From positions 45,262,001 to 45,326,000 of the forward strand of contig NC_086108.1 in NCBI RefSeq assembly GCF_963921235.1: a stretch of DNA of 64,000 nucleotides, read 5' to 3'. Source of the DNA: Mobula hypostoma. Taxonomy: Eukaryota. A model generated the notes under the pieces. The model saw nothing but the letters and a program-made list of their open reading frames with translations. It did not search any database and had not been told where the DNA came from. A program made the position numbers and the translations under genes. Shown one piece after another: positions 1 to 12,850 of this stretch. The stretch's first letter is position 1, and every line of letters starts with the position of its first letter.

Positions 1-1969
1 CCTGGCAGTTCAAATCCTATTTCAGTTTCTCCCACTGTCAGTTACCTTAGTTTTGATCCAGTCTTGACTCCAAGAAGTCTAGAATATAGGACCAGGTGTA
101 GGACATCTGTCCCCTCACCACCTCCATCATTTAATATTATCATGGCTGTTCTTTGCAAACCTCAACTCCTCTCCTGTGACAGTTCTCCAAAATCACCATT
201 TCCTGATCTTCAAATATTTCTCTATCTCCTTCTTACTCTTGCATAACTGTATGTGGTGAGTGACATGAAAGTGTTTCACAGTGGCTCCCATGAGCTAGTG
301 TAGTAGCTATTGTGAGTTGGTGTGCTGCCAATAGTGTTGAAATCAGTGATCATTTTAAAGGTATATTTGTCATCCAGAACTGAGAATGTCCTGTTTTCTT
401 CCAGTGATATCATATGCTTTAAATTTAAATATAATCTTAAGTATAAGGCAAGTAGTGTTCAACGTAGAAAATGTCGCTGACTGGAACATCAGTGTCATGG
501 GTCTGGTTGGCGTGAATTCACCACCAGCGCACTCAGCCAGGCTTAGTTGTATATATCATTCTTTCCATTGGGAAATGTGGCTCATTTCATCCAGTTAATT
601 AGTTGTTTGAAAGTGAGATGTCTGAGGTTCCTCACCAGATTTTTATTTGCCTGTCATTAATTTTTTTGATCAAGAGTTGGGTGGTCAGCAGTTGAAATTC
701 CTTCCCCCCTCCAGTGGTAATCTCGTTGAAGATTTCAAAGATACTTAAGATGTTAACAATTGAGAAAAGAAATGAGGCACAAATTAAAAACTAGGATATG
801 AAAAATAGAAAAAGTTAGGTGGAATGTTTTCACCCAAATGATAGTCGACTTACAGAATAAATTACCAAAGAGTTGACAACATAAATGGACTCAAGATAAT
901 CTGTGTTTTCCTGAAGAGAAACAGATGGAGAGATACGGTTAGACATCAGATAAATACGGGTTTGAGATCTCTGAAAAGCGTACAGTCTTATTTTGCTGGC
1001 TTTCTGTAGTTATTAAAATTCTGTTCTTTCGACATACAAACAAATGCAATTTCTAGCAGGAGTGATTGGATTGAAGTCAGCAGCAGTAAGTAAGATTTTA
1101 CTTCTCCCTACCCATCTATCCCCCTGTAACCTCAGGGGTTTGGTGGCCACCACTCCTATCATTCTCCAATAATCAAGCTCTGTACAACAGGGCTAAATTG
1201 GGATTAAATTTAGTTGCTTGTTAGGATTTTAGCATTTTGAAGCAACTCCTGCCTCTCTTTTCCTACCTTAATTTACCTAAAAAAAAATAGGCTTAAGAAG
1301 ATCTCCTCTTCCTTTATACTTGTACAAATTTGGGCACTTAACTTGAGTACTTAAATGTGCAGAATTGGAGCTCAGAACCTGCTAATAAAAAAACTTTAAC
1401 AGATTCCATTATATTGTCCAGTTGACTAAAAGTCTTTGAATTGGCTTTTGTTTTCATGCACATATGAAAGCTGTTTTTTTTTCATTCAGGAAAGGTTAAA
1501 GCTTTCCTGTGAGAAAAGTTATAAAAGAGGCTTTTTAAATACATTTTTTTTGCATTTGTTTTGGAGTGTTAGAATTCATTTTAGAATATTTATAAACTAG
1601 ATTTTGGAAACAAGCATGCTTCGCAGAATTCTCGCTTTTAAAAATAGATCTCTTTAAAAGATTCTAACCCCCCTCCCCCATGCCTGAATTTCTGCTAGAA
1701 GTTCTCACTTAGCAAAACTCCGTGATAAAGTTCAACCCTTTGGATCATAAAAGGAAGGGAGTTTTGAATTTATCATGGGATATTTATTACTATTCCGTCC
1801 CACTTCCTTGAAAATTCAGATGTGTGAGGTGTTAGTGTTAGCAGGGAAGGGTGGTGGTTCTGTTGCAAGGTTAATACAAAGGTAGTGTAGTAATGATTTA
1901 TCTCCGCATAACATCCTGTCACTTTCCGGGGTAGATCATTCACGATAGAAAATCAAATGGCAATAAAAA

Positions 1970-2503
1970 TACTTGTGTTTCTCAACTGGTCACTTGTGTG
2001 TTGAATCCGGCAATGACAGAAACTTGTGTGGGAGGTTTTTTCAAGTGAGAAAGTTGTTGCACTGGGGCAGTTCCACTCTCTCAACTTCAGAAGTCCTGTG
2101 GTTTGCGTAATCATCACAACTGGAGTCTTTCTTGGTTGCAGTGGATAACCATGACTTCTTCTGCACCTTGTCATGCCCGTTGCTCTCCATGAAGAATTGC
2201 AGAACCACCTTCCTGGCCGTGGGATCTCACAGTTGATCCCATCCACCCAGTCTTACGGAGCTGACTTCACATGCTGGGACATGCATGGCCCTATCTCACT
2301 GGGGTATGAAGCTCGACAGCTACCCTCACCTGGTTTAGCCCTCTTGTCAAAGCAGTGTACTGGGGTGTGGCTGCTGTTGCATCCAAACAACTATTTGGAA
2401 CTGCAGGTGAGAGCTGAGTGTTTGGTGGGGACCAAAGGTGAGTGAACTGCCCCAGAATGGACATGACAAGCCCCTTCTCTAAGAGTACTACCCCAGGCAC
2501 CCC
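1970..2503 (-). mobile_element. RTE-clade LINE 5' end / 5' UTR fragment
   Basis: Minus strand reads GGGGTGCCTGGGGTAGTACTCTTAGAGAAGGGGCTTGTC...CACCTTTGGTCCCCACC...CTCTCACCTG...GCCACACCCC...GGCTAAACCAGGTGAGGGTAGC, resembling RTE-1-type 5' ends as I recall them. No coding domain, and the left boundary is approximate. Confidence 0.6.
2323..2503 (-). ncRNA. Degenerate HDV-like self-cleaving ribozyme candidate
   Basis: P1 GGGGTG (2498-2503) pairs with CACCCC (2362-2367). P2 CTCTCACCTG (2404-2413) pairs with CAGGTGAGGG (2323-2332). A J4/2-like GCTAAAC (2333-2339) sits directly before P2'. P3 and P1.1 are mutated. Confidence 0.45.
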
Positions 2504-2813
2504 ATCTAGCTCATTTGAATCATTCTCACTACAATGATGCTGCTTGACTTTGATCCAGCAGTCTCTGTTCTTGTTAAAAATAAATCAATGCTGGAATGTT
2601 GCTGTTTTAAATGGCAGAGTCAATTTTGCAATGCATTTGGACTCTCAATGATTGGAAGCATCTTAATCTATTATAGTTCTTATGCTCCCACAGTCAAATC
2701 ATTGTTTTGTGGCAGCTTCTGCAAGTATTTAGACTATATGATAATGAGCTGAAATCACACCTGACATGTGCTGATTGGAGTCTTTTCTACTTTATCTTCC
2801 TTTTTATTTGAAG

Positions 2814-2955
2814 TTACGCTCAGGCACTGAACTTGAACAAGATATGATGAATGATTGCCAAACTATTCAAGCTCTTCAACCAGCAACTTCTCCGTGCAGT
2901 GTAACAAACAACACAATTGGAAGAACTTTGGTGGTCAATTATGAGCTATATCCAG
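2814..2955 (+). CDS. Candidate internal exon of an unidentified host gene (LRSGTELEQD...VVNYELYP)
   Basis: Long polypyrimidine tract plus AG (tcttttctactttatcttcctttttatttgaag) and donor CAG|gtatag. Only one frame is open; 142 nt, ends in phase 1. Confidence 0.35.
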
Positions 2956-3943
2956 GTATAGTTTAAATATTTAAAATAAAATTGTTGCATTCACATAAAT
3001 TATTCTCATACTAGATTGTAGCATCCATCACAGCTGTTTTGTCTAAAATGAGAAACCTTCTATTACATCCTTGTCTGTTGGAACTCATGGCTTGATACTT
3101 TTAGCTTCCCAAAACTCTCCTTTATTTCAACAATAACATCAACATCTATTCCATTACTTCCCTCTATGCAAACATGCCTTTTCCTGACTTTGTCTTTTAC
3201 TCTTGCTCTTGTCTGGTGACTTTACTTATTCTGTTTGTGTATATAGAATTTCATTTACTTTTGTGTGCAGATACGGGAGTTACATGATAGTTACAAAAGA
3301 AGACAAGACACAGACCAGGAAAGTATGAGTAGTGAAAGCTGGCACTTTGAAATAGGTTGTATACCGAAGGGAGGCAAACATGTGATTGGAATGCTGGGCT
3401 GGGAATTGGGAAGAAATGGTTGGGCACACTATTGTAAGAGTAGAAGTAAGACATTTCACAGTTTGAGAAAGGCTAGTCAATATATTTTATGAGCTGGTCC
3501 AGAAAAAGTTTAGTCACTAGAGTTTATCATCTAAGTTGTTAGGGAACTCCTGTTGCAGATTATATGAACTTGGAGACGTGAAGGTAGAAAAGATAAAAAA
3601 AAAAGAAAATAAGATTCTGCTTTATAAAATTTAACTCTGTGTAAGAAAAATAAGAAGACATCTACATATTTGTGGAAGGAAGAGCAAGTGGCAAAATAAG
3701 ACCATGATGTTGATTAACACATAGCTGTATTGTGTTTCCATCATTGCTGATAATCGAATAATATAACTGGACCCAGAACACACGTACATTTACAACTCAA
3801 TCACACTTTATTTGTGCACAAGAAGAAGAACATGGCCCTTGTTACCACACTGAGCAGAGAAATGCCATTTTATACATAATTGGCTTAGCAATTATGGATA
3901 TTGACTATTTGGCTATGTGTGTTTGAATTCCTTTCTTGCAAGA

Positions 3944-5079
3944 GCAAGGCAATTGATAAGGTACCCCATGCAAGACTTATTGAGAAAGTAAGGAGGCATG
4001 GGATCCTAGGGGACATTGCTTTGCAGATCCAGAATTGGCTTGCCCACAGAAGATAAAGAGTGGTTGTAGATGGGTCATGTGCTGCAGGGAGGCTGGTGAC
4101 CAGGGATCTGTTCTGGGACCCCTACCCTTTGTGATTTTTATAAATGACCTGGATGAGGAAGTGGAGGAATGGGTAAGTAAATTTGCTGATGACACAAAGG
4201 TTGGGGGTTTTGTGGATAGTGTGGAGGGCTGTCAGAGGTTACAACGGGACATTGATAGGATGCAAAACTGGGCTGAGAAGTGGCAGATGGAGTTCAACCC
4301 AGATAAGTGTGAGGTGGTTCATTTTGGTAGGTCAAATATGATGGCAGAATATAGCATTAATGGTAAGACTCTTGGCAGTGTGGAGGATCAGAGGGATCTT
4401 GAGGTCCGAGTCCATAGGACGCTCAAAGCTGCTGCACAGGTTGACTCTGTGGTTAAGAAGGCATATGGTGCATTGGCCTTAATCAATCGTGGAATTGAGT
4501 TTAGAGCCAAATGTTGCAGCTATATAGGACCCTGGTCAGACCCCACTTGGAGTACTGTGCTCAGTTCTGGTCGCCTCACCACAGGAAGGACGTGGAAACC
4601 ATAGAAAGAGTGCAGAGAAGATTTACAAGGATGTTGCCTGGATTGGGGAGCATGCCTTATGAGAATAAGCTGAGTGAACTCGGCCTTTTCTCCTTGGAGC
4701 GATGGAGGATGAGAAGTGACCTGATAGAAGTGTACATGACAATGAGAGGCATTGATCGTGTGGATAGTCAGAGGCTTTTCCTCAGGGCTGAAATGGCTAG
4801 CACAAGAGGCCATAGTTTTAAGGTGCGTGGAAGCAGGTATAGAGGAGATGTCAGGGGTAAGTTTTTTACGCAGAGAGTGGTAAGTGCGTGGAATGGGCTA
4901 CCGGTGGTGGCAGTGGAGGCGGAAACGATAGGGTCTTTTAGGAGACTCCTGGATGGCTACATGGAGCTTAGAAAAATACAGGGCTATGGGTAAAGCCTAG
5001 GTAGTTCTAAGGTAGGGTCATGTTTGGCACAGCTTTGTGGGCTGAAGGGCCTGTATTGTGCTGTATGTTTTCTATGCTT
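3944..5079 (+). mobile_element. CR1-type LINE, 5'-truncated RT/3' end
   Basis: ORFs 4035-4604 and 4511-4993 contain QGSVLGP, KFADDTK, LVRPHLEYC and FFTQRVV; frameshifted; ends in a TTTCTATG-type tail. Confidence 0.95.
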
Positions 5080-7066
5080 CTAATCATCATTTGCAGTACA
5101 AGTGTTAAAAGTTATTCGGAACCACAAGCTGACAATCAATAATACTTTGAAGTCAGTAAAACAATTGTCCCTAAGTTAGTGTGTGTGTGCCTTGTGTTTT
5201 GCTTATCTCATCTTCATACCCCTGGTGTGCATTGGGAAGCTATGCTCTTTCAAAGACCTTTCTTGTCATGGCTGTCTGCACTCTGTTTAAAATCTATCCT
5301 TGCCCAGAGATTATGTTAATCCTTGCCTTACTGCAACTTTCATAATTCTGCCTTACTGCAATTTCCATAATTCTTCAAGATTGTGATCATCAGGATCTGT
5401 GATTACCTCAGGATTGAGAATGATGTGCTTCCACTCCAATTTTGTGGTTTCTCGGAACACTCTTGAGGCCATTGTGAAAACAGCAGACACTTCTGCAGAT
5501 GGGGCATGGTACCTGAGAGGTTGGGCAGATGGGTAGTCCTGTGTGATGGTGCACTCTTTCTGATGTTTGTGGATGGATTTGAGGTTCTCCTTACCAACCC
5601 ATATTTTCAATTTCAAGGAGTCAGGGGTCATACCTTCCTGGGAATCAGTCAAGATATTGCATTTTCTAAAGAAGGTGTACTGCAACTTATTTTATGTAAA
5701 AGGATCACATTTTTCACTTTGCTTAGTTTTCTATCCCCACAACAGATCTTGGAATACAGTATTTGTTTCCAGAGTCTGGTGTCAAATATGCAAATGACGT
5801 GACCCTCCCAATAGAGTTGACTGAGTTTAATTAGGGTCTCTGTGCTGTTGCTGTTGCTTGGTTGGCATGGACTAGTTGAGCTGAAGGGTTGTATCTGTGC
5901 TACGTGCTACATTGTTCTGTAACTTGCTATTTGCCTGAGACCAGACGCTGAGACAATGGTTCACTTGTCCTTCCAGGGAACTCAGATAATTGTTGATATC
6001 TTCAAGTGCCTTGCAGTGCCTGTGGTAGGTAGTCTAGGCCTCAGAAGGAAGAAACCAAGCAATGTTGTTCAAGAGTGTAAGGTTTATGCCATGTCTGACA
6101 TCGCAGTCGTCAAACATACCTTTCATCATTTGACCAAGGGCTATGCTGGTGCATTTTAAAGTGATGGTGAATTTTATTACTGATGACATCCTTTGTCAAG
6201 AAATAGCTCCAAATTCATGGAAAGTGGTCTACCTGTTCCATATCTCCTAATGAATGTTTATTGATGGAGCGCAGTGTTGTGGAATGGGGACAGATTGGTA
6301 GAAAGCCATTGTTTTGTGGATGTAGAGAGTTAGGTTCATTTCCTCATGTATTTTAGTGAGAAGTCGTTGTTGGCTTTGAACCCTGCCTCTGTGTGCATGC
6401 AAGCACAAGTGCCCTTTGCATATGACAGCTTTACAATTGAAGTTGTAGTGATTGCAGTGGCCATAGATTGAACAGTTTTCCATTAAATCTAAAGATTAGC
6501 TGAGATCAGAGTTTGTCAGAGATTAAATGCTACATTGCAATGAAAAACACAGATGAAAGCCTGCTTCCTTACACTTAATAGAAACTGAAGGATTGATAAT
6601 GTGAATTTTAAATATTTTGAAGTTTATTGGGAAAACTTATTCATATCTCCACACTACAATTAATGTGACTTCCACTTGGTGCCAGGATGTCTCTGATCCA
6701 GTTTTTAGACCTTGCTTTCTAAACTTGGCAGATATTATGGCGATAATCACAGGCATTAAGTTAGCCAACTTTTTCACAATTGGGGCCAACAGTGAGCTAT
6801 TATATTCTTGATTGATGATGCAAGTGTATTACTGTGATGTTAAATACTTGCACATACAGAAATCTTCCCAGAGTTGAGAAACACAGTCAAAAAATATTAA
6901 CAAGAGTTTCAACACTTACTAGCAGATGTTATCGTCTGTTGAGAATACCTTTGTTCAAATTCCTGTTGTCTATTGATAAAAGTATCTGATTTTAAGCAAG
7001 CCTATTTTAGAGGAGATGATATTCATGTCAAATCTCCCTGCTAATGGTGAAGTTCACAAAAACAAC

Positions 7067-7224
7067 TCCTTTGATTGCAAACAAGAGAAAATCTGTAGAT
7101 GCTGGAAATCCAAGCAACACACACAAAATGCTGGAGGAACTCAGCAGGGCAGGCAGCATCTATGGAAAAAAGTACAGTCGACATTTCGGGTCGAGGGATC
7201 CTCTGTACTTTGTTCCTTTGATTG
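7067..7224 (-). mobile_element. Short Penelope-derived terminal fragment flanked by an 11-bp direct repeat
   Basis: Contains the gatgctggaaatcc...tgctggaggaactcagcag module shared with 12760-12850, 19990 and 42780. TCCTTTGATTG occurs at 7067-7077 and 7214-7224. Confidence 0.7.
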
Positions 7225-7986
7225 TAAGTGAGTTGTGATCTTAGAACCACTTTAAAGCCAGGAAGGAAGCTGCTATAAACTGATATATCAAATATTTTTC
7301 CTAGGATCATGTTTTCCATAGGTCAGGGTCTGGATTAGATGACAGGTGGTTTTGGAGTTGTGGCCTTTACTGAAGTCATTGAAAATGTATTGAAGTGCAA
7401 CAAAACTTCTTCATTAGTGGCATCCCAGGATGACGGCTGAAGATCTGAAAGAAATGCACGTTTTAAAATTGGATGCATTTATAATATCCAAGCACATCTG
7501 CTGTAGCCTTAATTTTGCTAAGGAAAACATTCGGTTTATGAGGGCAAGGGTATTATGATGAGTCAGATTGTACTATCATGAAACCTAAATTTTGTAAATT
7601 CTCTGACCAAGCAAAACCTAATTACTTTTTCTTCATTCATGCTTTTTCCAATATGCTGCAAGCTTACCTACAGATTTATGAATGTTTGATTCAATCTATG
7701 TATGACAACTTCAAGTATAATAGAAATGTGAGATGCAGATTATGTTCTTCATAATTTAGTTTCAATATTGCCTTCATTTGAGATTAAGATTATACTTAGC
7801 TAACATTTGATCCATTTTAAGTCAAGTCTATCTTCGGAAATTAATATGTTTTAATTACATCGCAGGCAATTTTAACTTTCAAGCATAGTTAACGAAATTA
7901 ACTAGGCAAATTAATTTGTGAAGAAAATAGGGTAGCAGTATTTTTAACTTGATGAGCTGAGACAATTCTTTTACTTGTTCACTTAG

Positions 7987-8155
7987 GGATGTACAGTTGC
8001 TCACCCACAAGGCACAATGGGCCAGCGGCATCTATTTTATCATCTCCACAGCTCACCCGGAGTTCATCCTCTGACTGCCATTCCCTTGAAGGGGACTTAC
8101 ACAGCCCACATGGTCATCTTGCACAGCTGTCTAAAGTGGAAGACTCAAAACTAGG
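7987..8155 (+). CDS. Candidate internal exon (G-MYSCSPTRHNG...LSKVEDSKL-G)
   Basis: Acceptor ttcttttacttgttcacttag and donor GG|gtaaga. 169 nt with a single open frame (phase 1 in, phase 2 out), compatible with the 2814-2955 candidate. Confidence 0.4.
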
Positions 8156-8335
8156 GTAAGATTGACGAGTTTAAGATTTAATAGATCCTAGATATCTACC
8201 TCTGGACTGCAATTATGAAAGTGAAAATAAATGAACGGAGTTAATGTGCCTCAGTGATAATTGAGAAGGAAAAGCAGCCTGAACAGCCAGCCACAGAATT
8301 CACCACTGGCTTTGATAGCTGCACTATTGGTTGTT

Positions 8336-9770
8336 AGTCAAGTCAAGCCAAGTCGCTTTTTATTGTCATTTCGACCATAAACTGCTGGTACAGTACACAG
8401 TAAAAACGAAACAACATTCTTCCAGGACCTTGGTGCTACATAAAACAACACAAAAACTACACTAGACTACAGACTTACACAGGACTACATAAAGTGCACA
8501 AAACAGTACAGGCAGTACAATAAATAATTAACAAGACAATAGGCACAGTAGAGGACAAATTACAATATAATAATAAATGATGTAGATGTCAGTCTAGTCT
8601 CTGGGTATTGAGGAGTCTGATGGCTTGGGGGAAGAAACTGTTACATAGTCTAGTCGTAAGAGCCCGAATGCTTTGGTGCCTTTTGCCAGATGGCAGGAGG
8701 GAGAAGAGTTTGTATGAGGGGTGCGTGGGGTCCTTCACAATGCTGTCGGCTTTACGGGTGCAGCGTGTAGTGTAAATGTCTGTAGTGGCGGGAAGAGAGA
8801 TCCCGATGATCTTCTCAGCTGACCTCACTATCCGCTGCAGGGTTTTGCGATCTGAGATGGTGCAATTTCCGAACCAGGCAGTGATGCAGCTGCTCAGGAT
8901 GCTCTCAATACAACCTCTGTAGAATGTGGTGAGGATGGGGGGTGGGAGATGGACTTCTCTCTGCCTTCGCAGAAGGTAGAGACGCTGCTGGGCTTTCTTT
9001 GCTATGGAGCTGGTGTTGAGGGACCAGGTGAGATTCTCCGCCAGGTGAACACCAAGAAATTTGGTGCTGTTAACGATCTCTATGGAGGAGTCGTCGATGT
9101 TCAGCAGAGAGTGATCATTCCATGTCCTCCTGAAGTCAACAACCATCTCTTTTGTTTTGTTCACATTCAGAGACAGGTTGTTGGCTCTGCACCAGTCCAT
9201 TAGCCGCTACACCTCCTCTCTGTATGCTGACTCGTCATTCTTGCTGATGAGACCCACCACGGTTGTGTCATCTGCGAACTTGATGATGTGATTCAAGCTG
9301 TGTGTTGCAGCACAGTGTGGGACAGCAGAGTGAACAGCAGTGGACTGAGCACACAGCCCTGGGGGGCCCCCGTGCTCAGTGTGATGGTGTTGGAGATGCT
9401 GCTCCCGATCCGGACTGACTGAGGTTTCCCAGTCAGGAAGTCTAGGATCCAGTTGCAGAGGGAGGTGTTCAGCAGTTTCAGCTTTCCAATCAGTCTCTGA
9501 GGAATGATTGTTTTGAATGCTGAACTGAAGTCTATGAACAGCATTCAAACGTATGAGTCTTTTTTGTCCAGGTGGGTTAGGGCCAGGTGGAGGGTGATGG
9601 CAATGGCATCGTCTGTTGAGCAGTTGGGACGGTACGCGAACTGCAGGGGGTCCAGTGAGGGGGGCAGCAGGGTCCTGATGTGCATTATGACGAGCCTCTC
9701 GAAACACTTCATGATGATGGATGTGAGTGCAACAGGACAGTAGTCGTTGAGCAGCTAGGGTAGCAGCAGA
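8336..9770 (-). mobile_element. Rex1/Babar-type LINE RT and 3' end
   Basis: ORFs with [54 protein letters not shown] and NSFFPQAIRLLN; (TTGAC)n-type tail at 8336-8354. Confidence 0.93.
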
Positions 9771-9774
9771 CATT

Positions 9775-9840
9775 CAGTACTGTGCAAAAGTCTTAGGCAC
9801 ATATATGTAGCTCGGGTGCCTTAGACTTTTGCACCATTCT
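9775..9840. repeat. Miniature inverted repeat (Tc1/mariner-like TIR pair)
   Basis: cagtactgtgcaaaagtcttaggcac ... gtgccttagacttttgcaccattct, imperfect inverted arms around a short spacer. Confidence 0.55.
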
Positions 9841-12009
9841 TTAGTAATTTTATGTATTGCACTACTTTTGCTGCAAAAAAAACACAAATTTCACGACATA
9901 TATGAATGATGATAAACCTGATTCTGATATTGTGGACTGAGTGAGTAGGAAAGGGGCAGGGAGAGGGGAATCGGGTTTGGGAAAAGGGGAAGGGAGAGGG
10001 GAGGGAGTGGGAAGCACCAGAGATGCATTCTGTCATGATCAATAGACCAATCGTTTGGAATCGTTTCGGGCACCCATGCCACAACCCTCCTCTGGGACTC
10101 CTTTTGTTCCACCTGTGCTGTACCATGACTAATAGGTGAAAATAAACATCCAACTTTTACATCCTGATGGCTTTCCAATTACAATAGTTAAAATGTGTGC
10201 ATCAGCTTTATTGATATGATAAAAGAGGAACAAAGGACATGTCTTCACTGCTTAAATGTGAACATTCCTATCTTCCACTGCATTGCTCTTAACAGAAGTC
10301 TGCCGTCACTGGAACCATTCCGGCACATCTTTTCTGCACAATTGATTTACAGTGTTTATTTAGAGATACAGCACAGTGAGAGGCCTTTCTGGCCTACAAA
10401 CCCATGCTGCCCAATTATACCTATTAAGCAATTAACCTGCTAACCTGTATGCCATTGGAATGTGGGAGGAAAACAGAGCACCTGCAGAAAGCCCATGTGG
10501 TCTTGGGGAGAATGTACAAACTCCTTACAGACAGCAGTGGGAATTGAACTGGTCACTGAAGCTGTAATAGCGTAACGCTAATCACTAGACCACTTTGCCT
10601 CACCAAAGATGAGCTTTATTTGTCACACGCACATCGAAACATCAAAACATACAGTGAAAAATGTCATTTGCATAAACAACCAACACAGTCTGACCATATG
10701 CTGGGAGCAGCTCCCAAGTGTCACCATGCTTCTGGCACAACACAGTGTGCCCACAACTTACTCACCCTCGCCTCTAAGTATTTGGAAAGTTGGGGGATAC
10801 TGGAGCAGCCTGAGGAAACCCGTGCAGTCACAGGGAGAATGTAGGAGCTCCTTAAAAACAGGAATGGCAATCAAATACTTGCACTTTAATAAAGCATTAT
10901 GCTAACCACTATGCTCCTGTGCTAACCCAGAAGTACTCAACATCATTGATAAAATACAATTATCAGAATTGTATGTTTTCCCCAATTACTGTCACCACAG
11001 TTTTGCTAAATTTGTTCATAGCTTCATCACTTTTCCAGGCAGTACCTCTTTAATATTTTTCTGTGTTAAATTTAATTTGCTTTTCTGATCAGTCTACATC
11101 TTCTTGAAGTCCATCATCCTATCTTTAAGTAACACAGCCAAGTTGTTATTATATTATTCATAGATATTGACTGTGTCTTCTGTACACCCTTTATGTATCA
11201 GGACAAGCACTTGCCCCAGTACCAACACCAGACAAAAGCACTGTATACCTTAATCTAGTCTGAGAAACAGCAGCTCACTGTGACTTAGCTTTCTGTCCTA
11301 TCCAATATCTTATCCATGTGTCAATGCTTTATTTAATTCCAGACACTTCAACCTTATTGACATGCTAAATTTTGTGGCAGTTTCTGTGGATGCCTGTGTT
11401 TATATCAACCTCATTATCTCGTTCAACCTTTTGCTAGGTCTTCAGACAATTCTTTCAAATAGATAAACAAGTTTGCCTTTTTTAAATTCAAGCTAGCTTC
11501 TGTTAATTATTCAGCTGATCTGAGTGATGTTAATTTATTCCTGTATTACTGAAAAATCATCTCTTGTGAATTGATTTGGTTGTAGTTGCTGACTTTATCC
11601 TTGCATCTACTTATCAAAAATAATGTAACAGTTCCACAACTCCTGTCCCAATATTTCCACCCTCAACAGTCCTTTCCTCCCCCTCACCCCATCTCTAATC
11701 AAATATCAAAAAGACAAATCTTCCCTTTAATTTCACATTTGGAACTGCAGACTTACTTAATTTTAATTATAGGTGCATGGGTGACCCCTGCCTGGTTTTA
11801 ATTTTATTAGATTTTAATTCATCCAGCTTTACAAACATCTCTTAATTTACTATGATGACAGCAGGAGTTTCTTTTTTAGTTAAAACAAATTTAAAGTGAT
11901 CATTTAGTACCTCAGTCATGCCCTCCTCCTCCAGGGTATTGATCTTGATCCCTATTTGTCCCCATCCTTAGGAAAGGTATAAGCAAACTCTGCCCGTATT
12001 GTTCAGTTC

Positions 12010-12850
12010 AACAGGTCAAGCAGCATCTGTGGAAAAGTGTAAACGGTCGACGTTTTGGGTTGAGATCTTTCATCAGGACTGGAGAAAAAAAGATGAGTCA
12101 GTGTAAGAAGGTGGGGGAGGGGAGGAAGAAGTACAAGGTGGTAGGTGATAGGTGAAAGCGGGAGAGGGGAAGAGGGTGAGGTAAAGAGCTGGGAAGTTGA
12201 TTGATGAAAGAGATAAAGGGCTGGAGGAGAGAGAATCTGACAGGGGAGGACAGAAGGGCCATGGAAGAAAGAAAAGGGGGAGGAGCAGCAATGGGAGGTG
12301 TTGGGCAGTTAAGGAGATAAGGTGAGAGAGGGAAATGGGAATGAGGAATGGTGAAGTTGGGTGGGGGGGGGGACATTACCAGAAGTTCGAGAAATTGAAG
12401 TTCATGCCACAGGTTGGAGGCTCCCCAAATGGAACATCAGGTGTTGCTCCTCCAACCTGAATGTGGCCTCATTGCGGCAGTAGACTGACATGTCAGAGTG
12501 TGAATGGGAATTGGAATTAAAATGGGCGCTCACTGGGAGATCCCCCATTTTCTGGCAGACGGAATATGGGTGCTCAGTGAAACAGTCACCCAATCATCTT
12601 CTCAGCTCTTTACTTCACCCCACCCCTCCTCCTGGTTTCACCTATCACCTACTCCCTTGTATTTCTTCCTCCCCTCCCCCACCTTCTTACTCTGACTTCT
12701 GATCCTTTTTTCTCCAGTCCTAGTGAAGGTTTTCAGCCCTAAACATTGATTGTTTACTCTTTTCCATAGATGCTACCTGGCCTGCTGAGTTTCTCCAGCA
12801 TTTTGTGTATGTTGCTTGGATTTCTAGCATCTGCAGATTTTCTCTTGTTT
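12010..12850. mobile_element. Penelope-like 3' fragments in inverted arrangement
   Basis: 12010-12590 minus strand encodes a GIY-YIG C-terminal remnant (RLEEQHLMFHLGSLQP) plus tail. 12596-12850 repeats the same tail on the plus strand. Confidence 0.8.

Noticed and set aside
5324..5373. 25-bp tandem duplication (similar one at about 15928-15968)
   Set aside because: Simple local slippage; no further structure.
5353..5802. Overlapping ORFs of 64-110 aa on both strands
   Set aside because: No recognisable domain or convincing splice pair.
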